Assembly (NCBI GenBank): GCA_041690135.1
Contig: JAWLHY010000007.1
Span: 96,001 to 160,000, forward strand
Direction of reading: 5' to 3'
Source of the DNA: Armatimonadota bacterium
GTDB lineage: Bacteria > Armatimonadota > SYMT01
Length of the DNA: 64,000 nucleotides
Shown: positions 39,304 to 49,062 of the stretch, in pieces
Numbering within the stretch: position 1 is the stretch's first letter
Layout of the letters: every line of letters starts with the position of its first letter
The notes under the pieces: generated by a model
The model's input: the letters and a program-made list of their open reading frames with translations, nothing else
Databases searched by the model: none
What the model was told of the DNA's origin: nothing
Made by a program: the position numbers and the translations under genes

Positions 39304-40791
39304 TCAGGCGATGATGTCATGCACCACGTGGCCGTACACGTCCGTGAGGCGGAAGTCGCGGCCGGCATAGCGGTAGGTCAGCTTCTCGTGGTCCAGACCC
39401 AGGAGGTGAAGGATGGTCGCGTGCAGGTCGTGCATGTGGACCTTATTCTCCACCGCGTAATAGCCGAACTCGTCCGTGTTACCGTAGCGAATGCCGGGTT
39501 TCACGCCGCCGCCCGCCAGCCACATGGTGAACCCGTGCGGGTTGTGGTCCCGGCCGTCCTTGCCTTCGGCGGTGGGGGTCCGGCCGAATTCACCGCCCCA
39601 GATGACCAGGGTATCTTCCAGCATGCCGCGGGACTTCAAGTCCTTGATCAGCGCGGCTACCGGCTGGTCCGTCTCGGCGGCATTCTTCTCGTGGCCGCCC
39701 TTCAGGTTGCCATGTTGGTCCCACTTGAAGCTGTGGCTCACCTGCACGAAACGCACCCCGGCTTCCAGGCAGCGGCGGGCGAGCAGGCATTGGCGGGCGA
39801 AGTCGTCCGTCGGTTGTTTGTCCACGCCGTAGAGGTCGAGCGTCGCCTTGCTCTCCTGGCTCAGGTCCAGCAGCTTCGGGGCGTGCATCTGCATGCGGAA
39901 GGCGAGTTCGTAGGACTGGATCACCCCTTCGAGCTGTGATTCCACTTCTCGCTGGTGCTGGTACTCGCGGTTCATCTCCTGCAGGAGGTCGAGCTGGCGG
40001 CGCTGCAGGTCGGCCGGAGTCCGCGGGTTCTTCAAGTGGTTGAACTGCACCTTCGAAGCCGGGGTGCCGGCCTGCCCGAGGGACGTGCCCTGGTACACGG
40101 CGGGGAGGAAGGCCGGTCCGTAGAGCTGTACGCCTCCGTGGTCCGGCGTGGGGCAAATGGTAACGAAGCCGGGCAGGTTCTGGTTTTCGGTCCCCAAACC
40201 GTAAAGGATCCAGGCCCCCACGCTTGGACGCACGAAGGTGGCATCGCCGGTGTGGAGCTTCAAGACCGCCTGTCCGTGCGCCTGGCCTTCCGTGTGCATA
40301 CTGCGGATGATACAGAGATCATCCACCACCTCGGCCTGGTGGGGGAAGAGGCTGCTGACGTCGGCTCCCGACTCGCCATACTTTTTGAACTCCCACGGCG
40401 ATTTCGTCAGCTTCCCGTTCGGGTCGATAATGCCGACCGGCTGCTCGAACGGCAGCGGCTTGCCGTGATCGGCGATCAGGCGGGGCTTCGGGTCGAACGT
40501 ATCGATCGCCGAAGGCCCGCCGTGCATGAACAGGAAGATGACACGCTTGGCGCGGGGCTGGTGATGCGTGGGCCGGGGCAACAAGGGGCCGCGGCCGGTG
40601 GCCTCTGCCAGGGTGGCCGGCTTCGTTGCCGCTTCCGCCTGAGCTGCGAGCCCGCTCAGGCCCGCGAAGGCGGTGTACCCGAAGCCGGTGGCACAGACTT
40701 TCAGCAGATCTCGCCGGGTTTGAGGCCGGATGATATGGGGCGTGCGGCCGGTGCATTCACAGGCCATTCCCTGGGTTTCCTCGTGTTGCAT
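39304..40791 (-). CDS. DUF1501 family protein
   Basis: 'TRRDLLK','HGGPSAIDTFDPKP','WDQHGNL','GEFGRTP'; close paralog of 22121-23557. Confidence 0.93.
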   Translation of the reverse strand: MQHEETQGMACECTGRTPHIIRPQTRRDLLKVCATGFGYTAFAGLSGLAAQAEAATKPATLAEATGRGPLLPRPTHHQPRAKRVIFLFMHGGPSAIDTFDPKPRLIADHGKPLPFEQPVGIIDPNGKLTKSPWEFKKYGESGADVSSLFPHQAEVVDDLCIIRSMHTEGQAHGQAVLKLHTGDATFVRPSVGAWILYGLGTENQNLPGFVTICPTPDHGGVQLYGPAFLPAVYQGTSLGQAGTPASKVQFNHLKNPRTPADLQRRQLDLLQEMNREYQHQREVESQLEGVIQSYELAFRMQMHAPKLLDLSQESKATLDLYGVDKQPTDDFARQCLLARRCLEAGVRFVQVSHSFKWDQHGNLKGGHEKNAAETDQPVAALIKDLKSRGMLEDTLVIWGGEFGRTPTAEGKDGRDHNPHGFTMWLAGGGVKPGIRYGNTDEFGYYAVENKVHMHDLHATILHLLGLDHEKLTYRYAGRDFRLTDVYGHVVHDIIA

Positions 40792-40809
40792 TCCTACTTC
40801 CTGCCTCAG

Positions 40810-43266
40810 TTAATTGACGTACCGGAACTCGTTGGACGCGAACAGCGTCTGGGTGAACATCCGCCAGGCCTCGAGCCGGCGCTTTGCGGGATCAGGCTGC
40901 GTCGCCTCCAGGCGCCGTGAAAAGTCTTCGAGGTACTCGAGCGTCCGGCGCGTCTCCGTGGAAGACGGGGTACGCCCAAGCGTCCGGCGGTAGGCCAGTT
41001 CCACCCGCTGGACGTCATCCAGGTCGGGTGCGGAAAGCACCTCGTTCGCCATCCGCTCCGACTGATCAATCACGAAGGGGCTGTTGAGCATGACCAATGC
41101 CTGCGTCGAGACGGTGGTGACGGGGCGACGCCCGGTCACCACCTGCGGGTCGGCAAAGTCGAATGCCTCCAGCACGTCGTAAACCCCTCCGCGGATCACC
41201 GGCAGGTAAACGCTCCGGCGCTGACTGGCGAAGTCGATCTTCACTTCCTTTCCGGCCAGGCCGGTGTTCTTCGGCAGTAGAGACCCGCCCATGGAGGTGT
41301 CCAACTGTCCGCTGGAGGCGAGCATGGCATCCCGGATCGCTTCCGCTTCCAGGCGCCGCGGGCTCATCCGCCACAGCCACCGGTTCTCCGGATCCTTGGC
41401 ATAAGCTTCCGGCCTGGCGTCGCTGCTCATCTGGTAAGCAGCGCTGAGCATGATGAGGCGGTGCAGCTTCTTGAGGCTCCAACCGAGACCGGATTGGGAT
41501 GGGTTACTGGTGAACGTTGAGGCCAACCAGTCCAGCAACTCGGGGTGGGTCGGCTTTTCGCCGAGGAGGCCGAAGTTGTCGGGCGTAGGCACAATGCCCC
41601 GGCCGAAGTGGCCCTGCCATACACGGTTGACGATTACGCGTCCCGTGAGCGGGTGGGAGGGGCTCGCGATCCAATTCGCCAGTTCGAGACGGCCGCTGCG
41701 CTTGTCGGCCACCGGTGTGCCGGGACCGGCGCCCGGCATGGCTGGAATGCCGCGGTGCACTTCCTCCCCGAGGGTCTTGGGGTTCCCGCGGAGGTGCACC
41801 TTGACGTTCTGCGCCTCGCCTTCCTGGACCGCCATCACCAGTGGGGGAGCGGGAGGCGCCTGTGCCTGGAGCTTCTTCAGCTCCTCATTCAGCGCCTTCT
41901 TCTCTTCCGAATCCTTGCACTTGCGGATCCGGTTCTGCATGTCGCGGACCGTCTTGTTGTGCTCCTGCCAGGTCTGGACGACTTCCGGCTCGGCCAGTGG
42001 CCGCTCGTTCCAATACCACACGCGCCCGTTGCGGGGCAGGGTGCCGTTCATCGTCATCGTGCTCTTGAAGATGCCGGCGAGCGCGTAGTAATCCTTGGTG
42101 GAGACGGGATCGAACTTGTGGTCGTGACAGCGGGCACAGCTCACGGTCAGGCCCATGAAGCCTTTGGAGACGACATCGATCTGTTCGTCGACCACGTCCA
42201 TCACCAGCTTCAGGCGGTCCTGCTGGGCCAGTAGCTTGGGTCCCATCACCAGCATACCGGTGGCCGTGATCCGCTCGTAGGTTTCCGCGTCCGTTTTCCC
42301 CGGCATCAGGTCGCCGGCGAGCTGCTCCCTGACGAACTGGTTATACGGCTTGTCCTCGTTGAAGCTCTCGATCACGTAGTCCCGGTACCGGTGGGCGTAC
42401 GCGAACACCTCGTTCCAATCCAGGCCGTTCGAATCGGAATAGCGGACGACGTCGAGCCAATGCCGCCCCCAGCGCTCGCCGTAACGCGACGAGGCGAGGA
42501 GCCGGTCGATCACTTTCTCCCAGGCGTTCGGGCTCTTGTCGTTGACGAACGCCTCGATCTCTTCGGGAGTCGGGGGAAGCCCCGTGAGATCGAAGGTCGC
42601 CCGGCGGATCAACGTGCGGCGGTCGGCGTAGCGATTAGGCTTGAGCCCCTGCTTCTCCAGGGATGCCGCCACGAAGGCGTCGATCGGGTTCTTCACCCAC
42701 CAGCGGCTCTTCACGCTGGGGACCGCAGGCCGCTTGGCTGGTTGGAAGGACCAGTGCGCCTGGGCTTTGAGCTTTGGGCTTTGCGCTTTGGGACCACTGC
42801 CGGCTGCTTTGTCCTTCGGCGATTCAATGCCCCAGGGAGCCCCGCGCCGGACCCATTCCTCCAGGATCTGGATCTGTTCCGGGGCCATCTTGCCCTGGGG
42901 AGGCATCTTCACGGAGTGCTGGAAACGTACCACTTGCACGAGGAGGCTGCCGTCCGGATCTCCGGGCTTGATCGAGGGCCCCAGCACGCCGCCCTTCAGA
43001 ATATCGGAGCGCGTGCGGAGGTTCAGACCGCCCTGCGCCTTGGGGGCGGAGTGGCAGGCAAAGCATTTCTCCGCCAGCAACGGACGGACCTTGGCCTCGA
43101 AGAACTCGAGGTCGCGAGCGTCCGTCACGGCGCTCTGTCCCATGGGGACAGGCACGGCGGCCGGCCTGGGAACGGCCGGTGGCGGGCCGGCTGGCGCGGC
43201 CAACGCGGCCAGCCCGGTCCCACCCACTCCAGCGATCGCAGCGATCCAGATGCCTTTGTATTTCAT
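40810..43266 (-). CDS. PSCyt1/DUF1549/DUF1553 protein
   Basis: 'FFEAKVRPLL..CFACH','GERWGRHWLD','CARCHDHKFD','ASNEFRYVN'. Start is 43266 or 43326. Confidence 0.92.
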   Translation of the reverse strand: MKYKGIWIAAIAGVGGTGLAALAAPAGPPPAVPRPAAVPVPMGQSAVTDARDLEFFEAKVRPLLAEKCFACHSAPKAQGGLNLRTRSDILKGGVLGPSIKPGDPDGSLLVQVVRFQHSVKMPPQGKMAPEQIQILEEWVRRGAPWGIESPKDKAAGSGPKAQSPKLKAQAHWSFQPAKRPAVPSVKSRWWVKNPIDAFVAASLEKQGLKPNRYADRRTLIRRATFDLTGLPPTPEEIEAFVNDKSPNAWEKVIDRLLASSRYGERWGRHWLDVVRYSDSNGLDWNEVFAYAHRYRDYVIESFNEDKPYNQFVREQLAGDLMPGKTDAETYERITATGMLVMGPKLLAQQDRLKLVMDVVDEQIDVVSKGFMGLTVSCARCHDHKFDPVSTKDYYALAGIFKSTMTMNGTLPRNGRVWYWNERPLAEPEVVQTWQEHNKTVRDMQNRIRKCKDSEEKKALNEELKKLQAQAPPAPPLVMAVQEGEAQNVKVHLRGNPKTLGEEVHRGIPAMPGAGPGTPVADKRSGRLELANWIASPSHPLTGRVIVNRVWQGHFGRGIVPTPDNFGLLGEKPTHPELLDWLASTFTSNPSQSGLGWSLKKLHRLIMLSAAYQMSSDARPEAYAKDPENRWLWRMSPRRLEAEAIRDAMLASSGQLDTSMGGSLLPKNTGLAGKEVKIDFASQRRSVYLPVIRGGVYDVLEAFDFADPQVVTGRRPVTTVSTQALVMLNSPFVIDQSERMANEVLSAPDLDDVQRVELAYRRTLGRTPSSTETRRTLEYLEDFSRRLEATQPDPAKRRLEAWRMFTQTLFASNEFRYVN

Positions 43267-43338
43267 AACTTCCGTAGCTTCTTTTGCGCGCGAGGTCCGT
43301 CCGCCTTTGGGTGAACCTCTTCTCATGGATTGACACGG

Positions 43339-44406
43339 CTACCGCCGCAGGGTTGCGGCCTCAACCGGTGGCGCCTCACCCGTTCGGGGGGCGAGAGAAG
43401 GCGCCGAGTCTTCTTCCCCAATACGCAGCAGTTCGGGGAGCAGGCGTACGGGTTTCTTCTCTCCCGTCCCCGATAGGATGCCCAGGAACATCTCTGCCGC
43501 CCGCCGCCCAATGGCCGTCAGGTCCGTACCGAAAAACCACGTGCCGGGTTCGTAGAGCCAGGCGCTTGTTACCGAACCCACCACGTAGAGTTCGAAGTCC
43601 CGGCCCACCTGGCGACCCGCGTCGCGCAGGGCATCGGTTACGCCTACCGCGGCCTGCTCGTGGAGACACACGACGGCGGTAGGCCCTCCGCCCGCCGTGA
43701 GCCAGGGGAGAACCTGGCGATGGGCATCCCGGCGGACGGTGGACTCCACTCGCCAGCGCTGCGGGTCGATCCCCAACTTCGGAGCTGTTTCCGCCCAGGT
43801 CCGGCGGATGAGCCGGAAGTAGTCTCCCTTGGAGCCCCCCAGCACCAGCGCCACCTCGCGGTGACCTCGCAGGGATAACTGCTGCAGCGCCGTAACGATC
43901 ATGCCCTCGGCATCATGCGCAACGCTGGGAAGGGTTGGGTCCGGGCACTGGCCGATGACGACGAAGGGAGCGTCCAGCGCGTGCAACGAGCTCCAGAACG
44001 GCTCCTCTTCCGCCGTGACACGCAGCAGTCCGCCATCGCACGTGCCGGCGGCCACGCGCTCCGCCAGAATACCGGGCATGCGGGCCGTGTCCGGCGCAAT
44101 CTCGAGCAGCAGCCGGTAATCCTGCAGGGAGAGCGTGTCCGCTACCCCCGCAACCACCCGCTCTTCGAGGATGGGAGCGCCGTTGATGGCCTTTCGGGGG
44201 CTGACGTAGACGGCCTGATGAGCCACGCGCGAACGCAATGCCTGCGCGGAAGCGTTGGGCCGGTAACCGAGCCGCCGGGCCGTTTCGAGGATTTGCTCCC
44301 GGGTGTTAGGGCTCACGCGCCCGCGCGGGCGTCCCTGGAGGACGTCCGACACCACGGTCTGGGATACCCCTACCGCCCGAGCAATATCTTTCTGGGTAAT
44401 CGGCAT
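43339..44406 (-). CDS. LacI-family transcriptional regulator
   Basis: 'ITQKDIARAVGVSQTVVSDVL','LGYRPNASAQALR'. Confidence 0.9.
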   Translation of the reverse strand: MPITQKDIARAVGVSQTVVSDVLQGRPRGRVSPNTREQILETARRLGYRPNASAQALRSRVAHQAVYVSPRKAINGAPILEERVVAGVADTLSLQDYRLLLEIAPDTARMPGILAERVAAGTCDGGLLRVTAEEEPFWSSLHALDAPFVVIGQCPDPTLPSVAHDAEGMIVTALQQLSLRGHREVALVLGGSKGDYFRLIRRTWAETAPKLGIDPQRWRVESTVRRDAHRQVLPWLTAGGGPTAVVCLHEQAAVGVTDALRDAGRQVGRDFELYVVGSVTSAWLYEPGTWFFGTDLTAIGRRAAEMFLGILSGTGEKKPVRLLPELLRIGEEDSAPSLAPRTGEAPPVEAATLRR

Positions 44407-44462
44407 CAGTGGTCCACACTGACCGTAGGGCTTGCCCATACGTAAAGGCAGGAGCCAAGTGT

Positions 44463-44492
44463 ATTATGTGATGCAGGACGGGCCCCTGTCAA
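44463..44492 (-). promoter_or_regulatory. Sigma70 promoter of the LacI-DUF1553-DUF1501 unit
   Basis: TTGACA-N18-CATAAT on the minus strand. Confidence 0.65.
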
Positions 44493-44540
44493 GCGGTTCG
44501 GAAAGCGGATGTGGGCAGACCGGCTGGGGTCCCCGGCCCC

Positions 44541-45875
44541 TTAATGCGGCGCTTCGAGTGATTCTTCCACGGCCTCTCCTTCCCGGTGGTCCATCAGCAC
44601 CGCGGGGAGGAACGGCACGGCGATGAGTACGGAAGCCGTAGTGGCCGTGTTCACCCACACCAGGTTGGAGAACGTGAGGCCCCAGGAGGAGTACATCAGG
44701 GAGCCGATGTAATCGGAGAACTTGTGGGTGAAGTTCCACACGCTCATCATCACGCAATAGCCGAGGGCCTCGCTGCCGCGCGGGGTGGCGCGGGCGGCGA
44801 GGTCGTAGAGCGGGAGGAGGGCGATTACGAGCGTCATTCCCTCGATAATGGTGACCGCAATGGCGCTTTCCCACGAGCGGTAGAACAGGTAAAACGGCAC
44901 CGCCACGGCATGGCAGACGATACTCGCGGCGAGGAGCTGCCGGAGGTTGAACCCGCGGCAGACGCGCCCGTAGATGAACGCCCCGCACAGGCCCCCCAGG
45001 GCGGAGAGGACCTTCAGCGCGCCGACTTGCCACGCCTCGAACTTGAGCACGTCGCGCTGGAAGTAAAGCAAGGGGGTATTGAAGCCGGGAGAGATGATGA
45101 CCAGAATCACCAGCGCGGCGGCCGACCACAGGGTCTTCGACCGAATGACCACCTTGAGCTGGCGCCCCACTTCGGCCAGCGCCTTGTCATCCCGCTTGGC
45201 GGTGGGGGCTTCTTTGAGGCGACTGTAGAAGAACGGAATGAGCAGCGAGGTAAAGGCGACGCATAAGTAGGTGGTGAATGCGTAGGCGTGTTTCTGTAAG
45301 AACCCCACCGCCCCAAAGCCGATGACCTCGGTCAACCGCACAATCCCCAGCCGCTGCGCGCTGAGCCTTCCCGTCGACTGATCGCGCTTGCCGATCTCGA
45401 CCATGACCCCCCCGAGCACGGTACTCGTCAGGGTGGTGAAGATGCTCATGCAGAAATAGGCCACCAGCAGCGGCGTGAACTGGCGCGGGACGACTCCGAG
45501 CAGGAAATAGGAGAGCGCCGAGCCGGCCAGCCCCAGGAGCAGGTAGTGGCGTCGCCGGGTGCCGCAGAGGGGAACCGCATCGGAGAGAATGCCCGCGAAC
45601 GGCTTGATGTAGATGGGAATGCTGGCGACGAGGAGGAACGCGGAAAGATGATCGGCGCTTAGCTTCAGCGTCTCTTTGAGCAGAAACTGGAAGGGCGTCT
45701 CGTTGAGGGCGAGCGCCAGTCCGGTCCCGATCCAGCCGGCGCCGACGAGGAACTCGTCCGGATTGATGCCGCTCTTGGCGGTGGGGCCCGCCAGCTCGAT
45801 TGCGCCGTTGCTCTGGGCCGCGCCGGAAGGGGCGGCGGGGAGAGCTTCATCCGCGGAGACCGGTACTTCTGCCAT
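44541..45875 (-). CDS. MFS transporter, BT1 (folate-biopterin)-like
   Basis: About 12 hydrophobic segments; 'IPIYIKPFAGILSDAVPLCGTRRRHY','ARATPRGSEALGY'. Confidence 0.82.
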   Translation of the reverse strand: MAEVPVSADEALPAAPSGAAQSNGAIELAGPTAKSGINPDEFLVGAGWIGTGLALALNETPFQFLLKETLKLSADHLSAFLLVASIPIYIKPFAGILSDAVPLCGTRRRHYLLLGLAGSALSYFLLGVVPRQFTPLLVAYFCMSIFTTLTSTVLGGVMVEIGKRDQSTGRLSAQRLGIVRLTEVIGFGAVGFLQKHAYAFTTYLCVAFTSLLIPFFYSRLKEAPTAKRDDKALAEVGRQLKVVIRSKTLWSAAALVILVIISPGFNTPLLYFQRDVLKFEAWQVGALKVLSALGGLCGAFIYGRVCRGFNLRQLLAASIVCHAVAVPFYLFYRSWESAIAVTIIEGMTLVIALLPLYDLAARATPRGSEALGYCVMMSVWNFTHKFSDYIGSLMYSSWGLTFSNLVWVNTATTASVLIAVPFLPAVLMDHREGEAVEESLEAPH

Positions 45876-46048
45876 CCAACACCTGCTTTCTGTCTGGTGC
45901 GGTAACGTTCAACCCCTTATAGCGAAGCCCCTGCCGCGAATGTGCGGTTGAACGAGACAAAGGTGTTGAGTTCCCGCTACCAAAGCAGCGGCGGAGGTGG
46001 CAAAGTGAGCTCCCCGGAAGTTCGGACGGTAGTCACTTCAAGGAAGGG

Positions 46049-48193
46049 CTACTCACTCCAGAGGCTGTTGAGCATGGCATCGACGGAAGCCTGGGCTGCG
46101 GGCGCCGCTTCAGGTTCGCTAGGCGCCTCCGTCCGACCCGCCTGCGCGGTGACACGGTCGTAAAGGGCGTGGGCGGCAGGCGGGATGAAGCGAGTCAACT
46201 GGGCGTAGCTGTGGCGGTCGGAACGACCGTAGCCGTGGTGGAAGTATCGGAGCGGGAAATACAGGCTTAGTGCGTTCCGCGCCCGGGTCATCGCCACGTA
46301 CAGGAGGCGCCGCTCCTCCTCGATCTCCTCCTGGCTGCCGGTGGCCATGTCGGAGGGGATCATGCCGTCCGCGACGTGGATGATGTGCACCGCGTCCCAC
46401 TCGCAGCCCTTTGCGGAGTGGATCGTGCTGAGGATCAGGTAGTCCTCGTCCAACAGGGGCGGCCCCGCCAGGTCCTGGGTCGAGTTCGGCGGATCGAGGG
46501 TGAGATCCGTGATGAACTGTCCCCGGCTCTGGTACCCGCCCGCGATCTGCTCCAACTGGTCGAGGTCCCGGAGACGGACTTCCGGGTTGTCGTACACTCG
46601 CTCGAAGATCGGCTCGTAGAACTTCCGGATCCGCTCGATCTGGGCTGCCGGGGTCAACTCGCTTTCACGCGGCAGGTCATCGGCACCGCTGATCAGATCA
46701 TTTGGATCTCCGGCCGTTGCACTGCGCTCCGCATCCCCCAGGCGGACCCCGAGGCAGTGGGCCAGGGTGAGACGTAGGGACTGGAACTCTTCTTCCGCGG
46801 CGGAGGGAATTGGAGGCGGAGTCCGGAACAACCGGTCCAGCGGGCTACCCACTGCTTCGCCTGGCGCGGCCTGATCGGGTTCTCGCCCCATCAGCGCGTC
46901 GATCGCCCGGCGGGCGGTGACGGGACCGATCCCCTCCAGCAGTTGCAGCACCCGGTGCCAGCTCAGTTCGTCCGCGGGGTTCTCCAGCACCCGCAGGATC
47001 GCCAGCATGTCCTTGACGTGGGCCGCTTCGACGAACTTCAGCCCGCCGTACTTCACGAACGGGATGTTGCGGCGGTTCAACTCCACTTCCAGTTGATCGC
47101 TGTGGTGTCCCGCGCGGAACAGGACCGCCTGCTCGCGGAGCGCCGTCCCCTGCTCGTACAGTTCCAGCACGCGGTCGCACACCTCGGTGCATTGCTCCGG
47201 CTCGTCCCGGCACGTGACGATCGCCGGCTTGCGGACACCGCCGCGGTGGGTGAACAGGTTCTTGGTGTACCGCTCCCGCGCCTCCTCCATCACGGCGTTG
47301 GAGGCGTCCAGAATCGGCTGGAGCGAGCGGTAGTTCTGCTCCAGCTTGACCACTTCGGCGCCGGGGAACTGCTGGGGGAAATCGAGGATGTTGCGCACCG
47401 TGGCGGCCCGGAAGGAGTAGATCGACTGTGCGTCGTCACCGACGACCATGATCTCTTTCCGGGTGCGGCGCATCGACTGCAGGATCTCCGCCTGGATCAG
47501 GTTGGTGTCCTGGTACTCATCCACCAGGATGTGGTCGAAGCGGTCCGCCACCATTTCCCCGGTGCCCGGCGCCTGGCAGAGCGCGTGCCAGTAGAGGAGG
47601 AGGTCGTCGTAGTCGAGCACGTTCTGCGCGCGCTTCCGGCGAGTGTACTGTTCGAAGATTTGCCGGATGCCGTCGAGCTCCGGCTTGCACCACGGAAAGT
47701 GCTTCTCCACGACCTCGCCGAGCTTGGTTCGGCTGTTCACCGCGCGAGAATAGATGGCGACGAGCGTGTTCTTCTTCGGGAAGCGCTTCCGCGACTCCCC
47801 CAGGCCTAGCTCGGTACGGACCAGGTTCATCATGTCCGCAGCGTCTGCCTGGTCGATTACGGTGAATTCGACCGGCAGTCCCACCGCGCGCCCGTACTGG
47901 CGCAGCAGGCGGTTGGCCACGGCGTGGAAGGTTCCGCCCCATACCTGGCTGGTGGTGCCCTTGCCGGTGAGGCGGCCCGCGCGGGCCACCATCTCGGCGG
48001 CCGCGCGGCGGGTGAAGGTGAGGAGAAGGATCCGGTCGGGGGAAACGCTCTGTTCGACGAGCCACGCCACCCGCGAGGCCAGCGTCTTGGTCTTGCCGGT
48101 GCCGGCCCCCGCGATCACGAGGACCGGCCCCTGCGGGTGCGTGGCCGCCTGGCGCTGCTGGGGGTTCAGTTCATCGATCCATCGCGCGGGCAT
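46049..48193 (-). CDS. UvrD/PcrA-family ATP-dependent helicase
   Basis: 'AGAGTGKT','LTFTRRAA','VDEYQD','VGDDAQSIYSFR','QNYRS','TIHSAKGCEW','EERRLLYVAMTRA'. Confidence 0.95.
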   Translation of the reverse strand: MPARWIDELNPQQRQAATHPQGPVLVIAGAGTGKTKTLASRVAWLVEQSVSPDRILLLTFTRRAAAEMVARAGRLTGKGTTSQVWGGTFHAVANRLLRQYGRAVGLPVEFTVIDQADAADMMNLVRTELGLGESRKRFPKKNTLVAIYSRAVNSRTKLGEVVEKHFPWCKPELDGIRQIFEQYTRRKRAQNVLDYDDLLLYWHALCQAPGTGEMVADRFDHILVDEYQDTNLIQAEILQSMRRTRKEIMVVGDDAQSIYSFRAATVRNILDFPQQFPGAEVVKLEQNYRSLQPILDASNAVMEEARERYTKNLFTHRGGVRKPAIVTCRDEPEQCTEVCDRVLELYEQGTALREQAVLFRAGHHSDQLEVELNRRNIPFVKYGGLKFVEAAHVKDMLAILRVLENPADELSWHRVLQLLEGIGPVTARRAIDALMGREPDQAAPGEAVGSPLDRLFRTPPPIPSAAEEEFQSLRLTLAHCLGVRLGDAERSATAGDPNDLISGADDLPRESELTPAAQIERIRKFYEPIFERVYDNPEVRLRDLDQLEQIAGGYQSRGQFITDLTLDPPNSTQDLAGPPLLDEDYLILSTIHSAKGCEWDAVHIIHVADGMIPSDMATGSQEEIEEERRLLYVAMTRARNALSLYFPLRYFHHGYGRSDRHSYAQLTRFIPPAAHALYDRVTAQAGRTEAPSEPEAAPAAQASVDAMLNSLWSE

Positions 48194-48289
48194 CCACGGT
48201 TCCTCCGGTCTCTTCCCCCGGCGCACGTCCGGGGGAAGAGCGCGGGAGGCTCGCTGGATAGCGAACAGATGCACCCATTATAGACGAAT

Positions 48290-49051
48290 TTAGCCTAGAT
48301 GCGGCTTCAGCAACTCCCGGAACCGGTTCACGACTTCCGGGGCGGCTGGGCCGCTCGCACCCGCGGCCAGGGCGTCCGCATTGAAGCGGACCTCATGGCG
48401 TACGCGATCCTTCTTGGCGAGGGAGCGCAGGAAGTCGCCCAGTGATTTCTCCTGCGGGTTGATTTCCATCGACCCGAACACCTCGCCGTTCGCCAGCGAG
48501 AGCTTCATCTGTACCCCATCCAGGTGCTTCTTGAGGTCCTTCGACGGGCGGAAGGTCAACTCGACGGTGTTGCCCTGGACGTGCGCGCCGAAGTGAGGAA
48601 ACGGCACGGCCTCCAGCATGGCCGCCACCGCGCCCCGGATGGGAGCGGGAAGCAGGAGATCGAACTTCCGCTTGCCATGCCGGTCGGCGGCCCGGGGGAC
48701 GCAGACGCGGGCCGCCACGCTCCAGTCATGCGACGGCTCGGCAATGGAGGGAACCGCGATTTCGAACGTCCACTCCCGCGCGTTGCCCGGCTCCAGCATC
48801 ACCTGCCGGTCGAGGATCAGCTCGTTGTGGTGGACGTAGTGGTCATCCGTGTCGCCCTCGGAATCGCGGGTCTCCCAGTGCTCTTCGACGCTCAGCTTGA
48901 TCTCCGAGGCGGTCTGCGCCACGCTTCCGCCTTCGACCCGGACGGTGCCCCGGATCACCTCTCCCCAGGAATAGCCATCCCCTTCGAGGGTGACCGTTAC
49001 TCCGGCCGCTCCGATCCCGGCCGCGGCTCCGATTTTGCGTAATAGACTCAT
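48290..49051 (-). CDS. Spo0M-family protein
   Basis: N-terminus 'KIGAAAGIGAAGVTVTLE...GEVIRGTVRVEGGSVAQ' matches the Spo0M pattern. Confidence 0.72.
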   Translation of the reverse strand: MSLLRKIGAAAGIGAAGVTVTLEGDGYSWGEVIRGTVRVEGGSVAQTASEIKLSVEEHWETRDSEGDTDDHYVHHNELILDRQVMLEPGNAREWTFEIAVPSIAEPSHDWSVAARVCVPRAADRHGKRKFDLLLPAPIRGAVAAMLEAVPFPHFGAHVQGNTVELTFRPSKDLKKHLDGVQMKLSLANGEVFGSMEINPQEKSLGDFLRSLAKKDRVRHEVRFNADALAAGASGPAAPEVVNRFRELLKPHLG

Positions 49052-49062
49052 CTAAAGAACAA

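Noticed and set aside
46049-48193. Helicase as part of a defence system (e.g. Gabija B)
   Set aside because: No adjacent nuclease/ATPase partner; it looks like an ordinary UvrD-family paralog.
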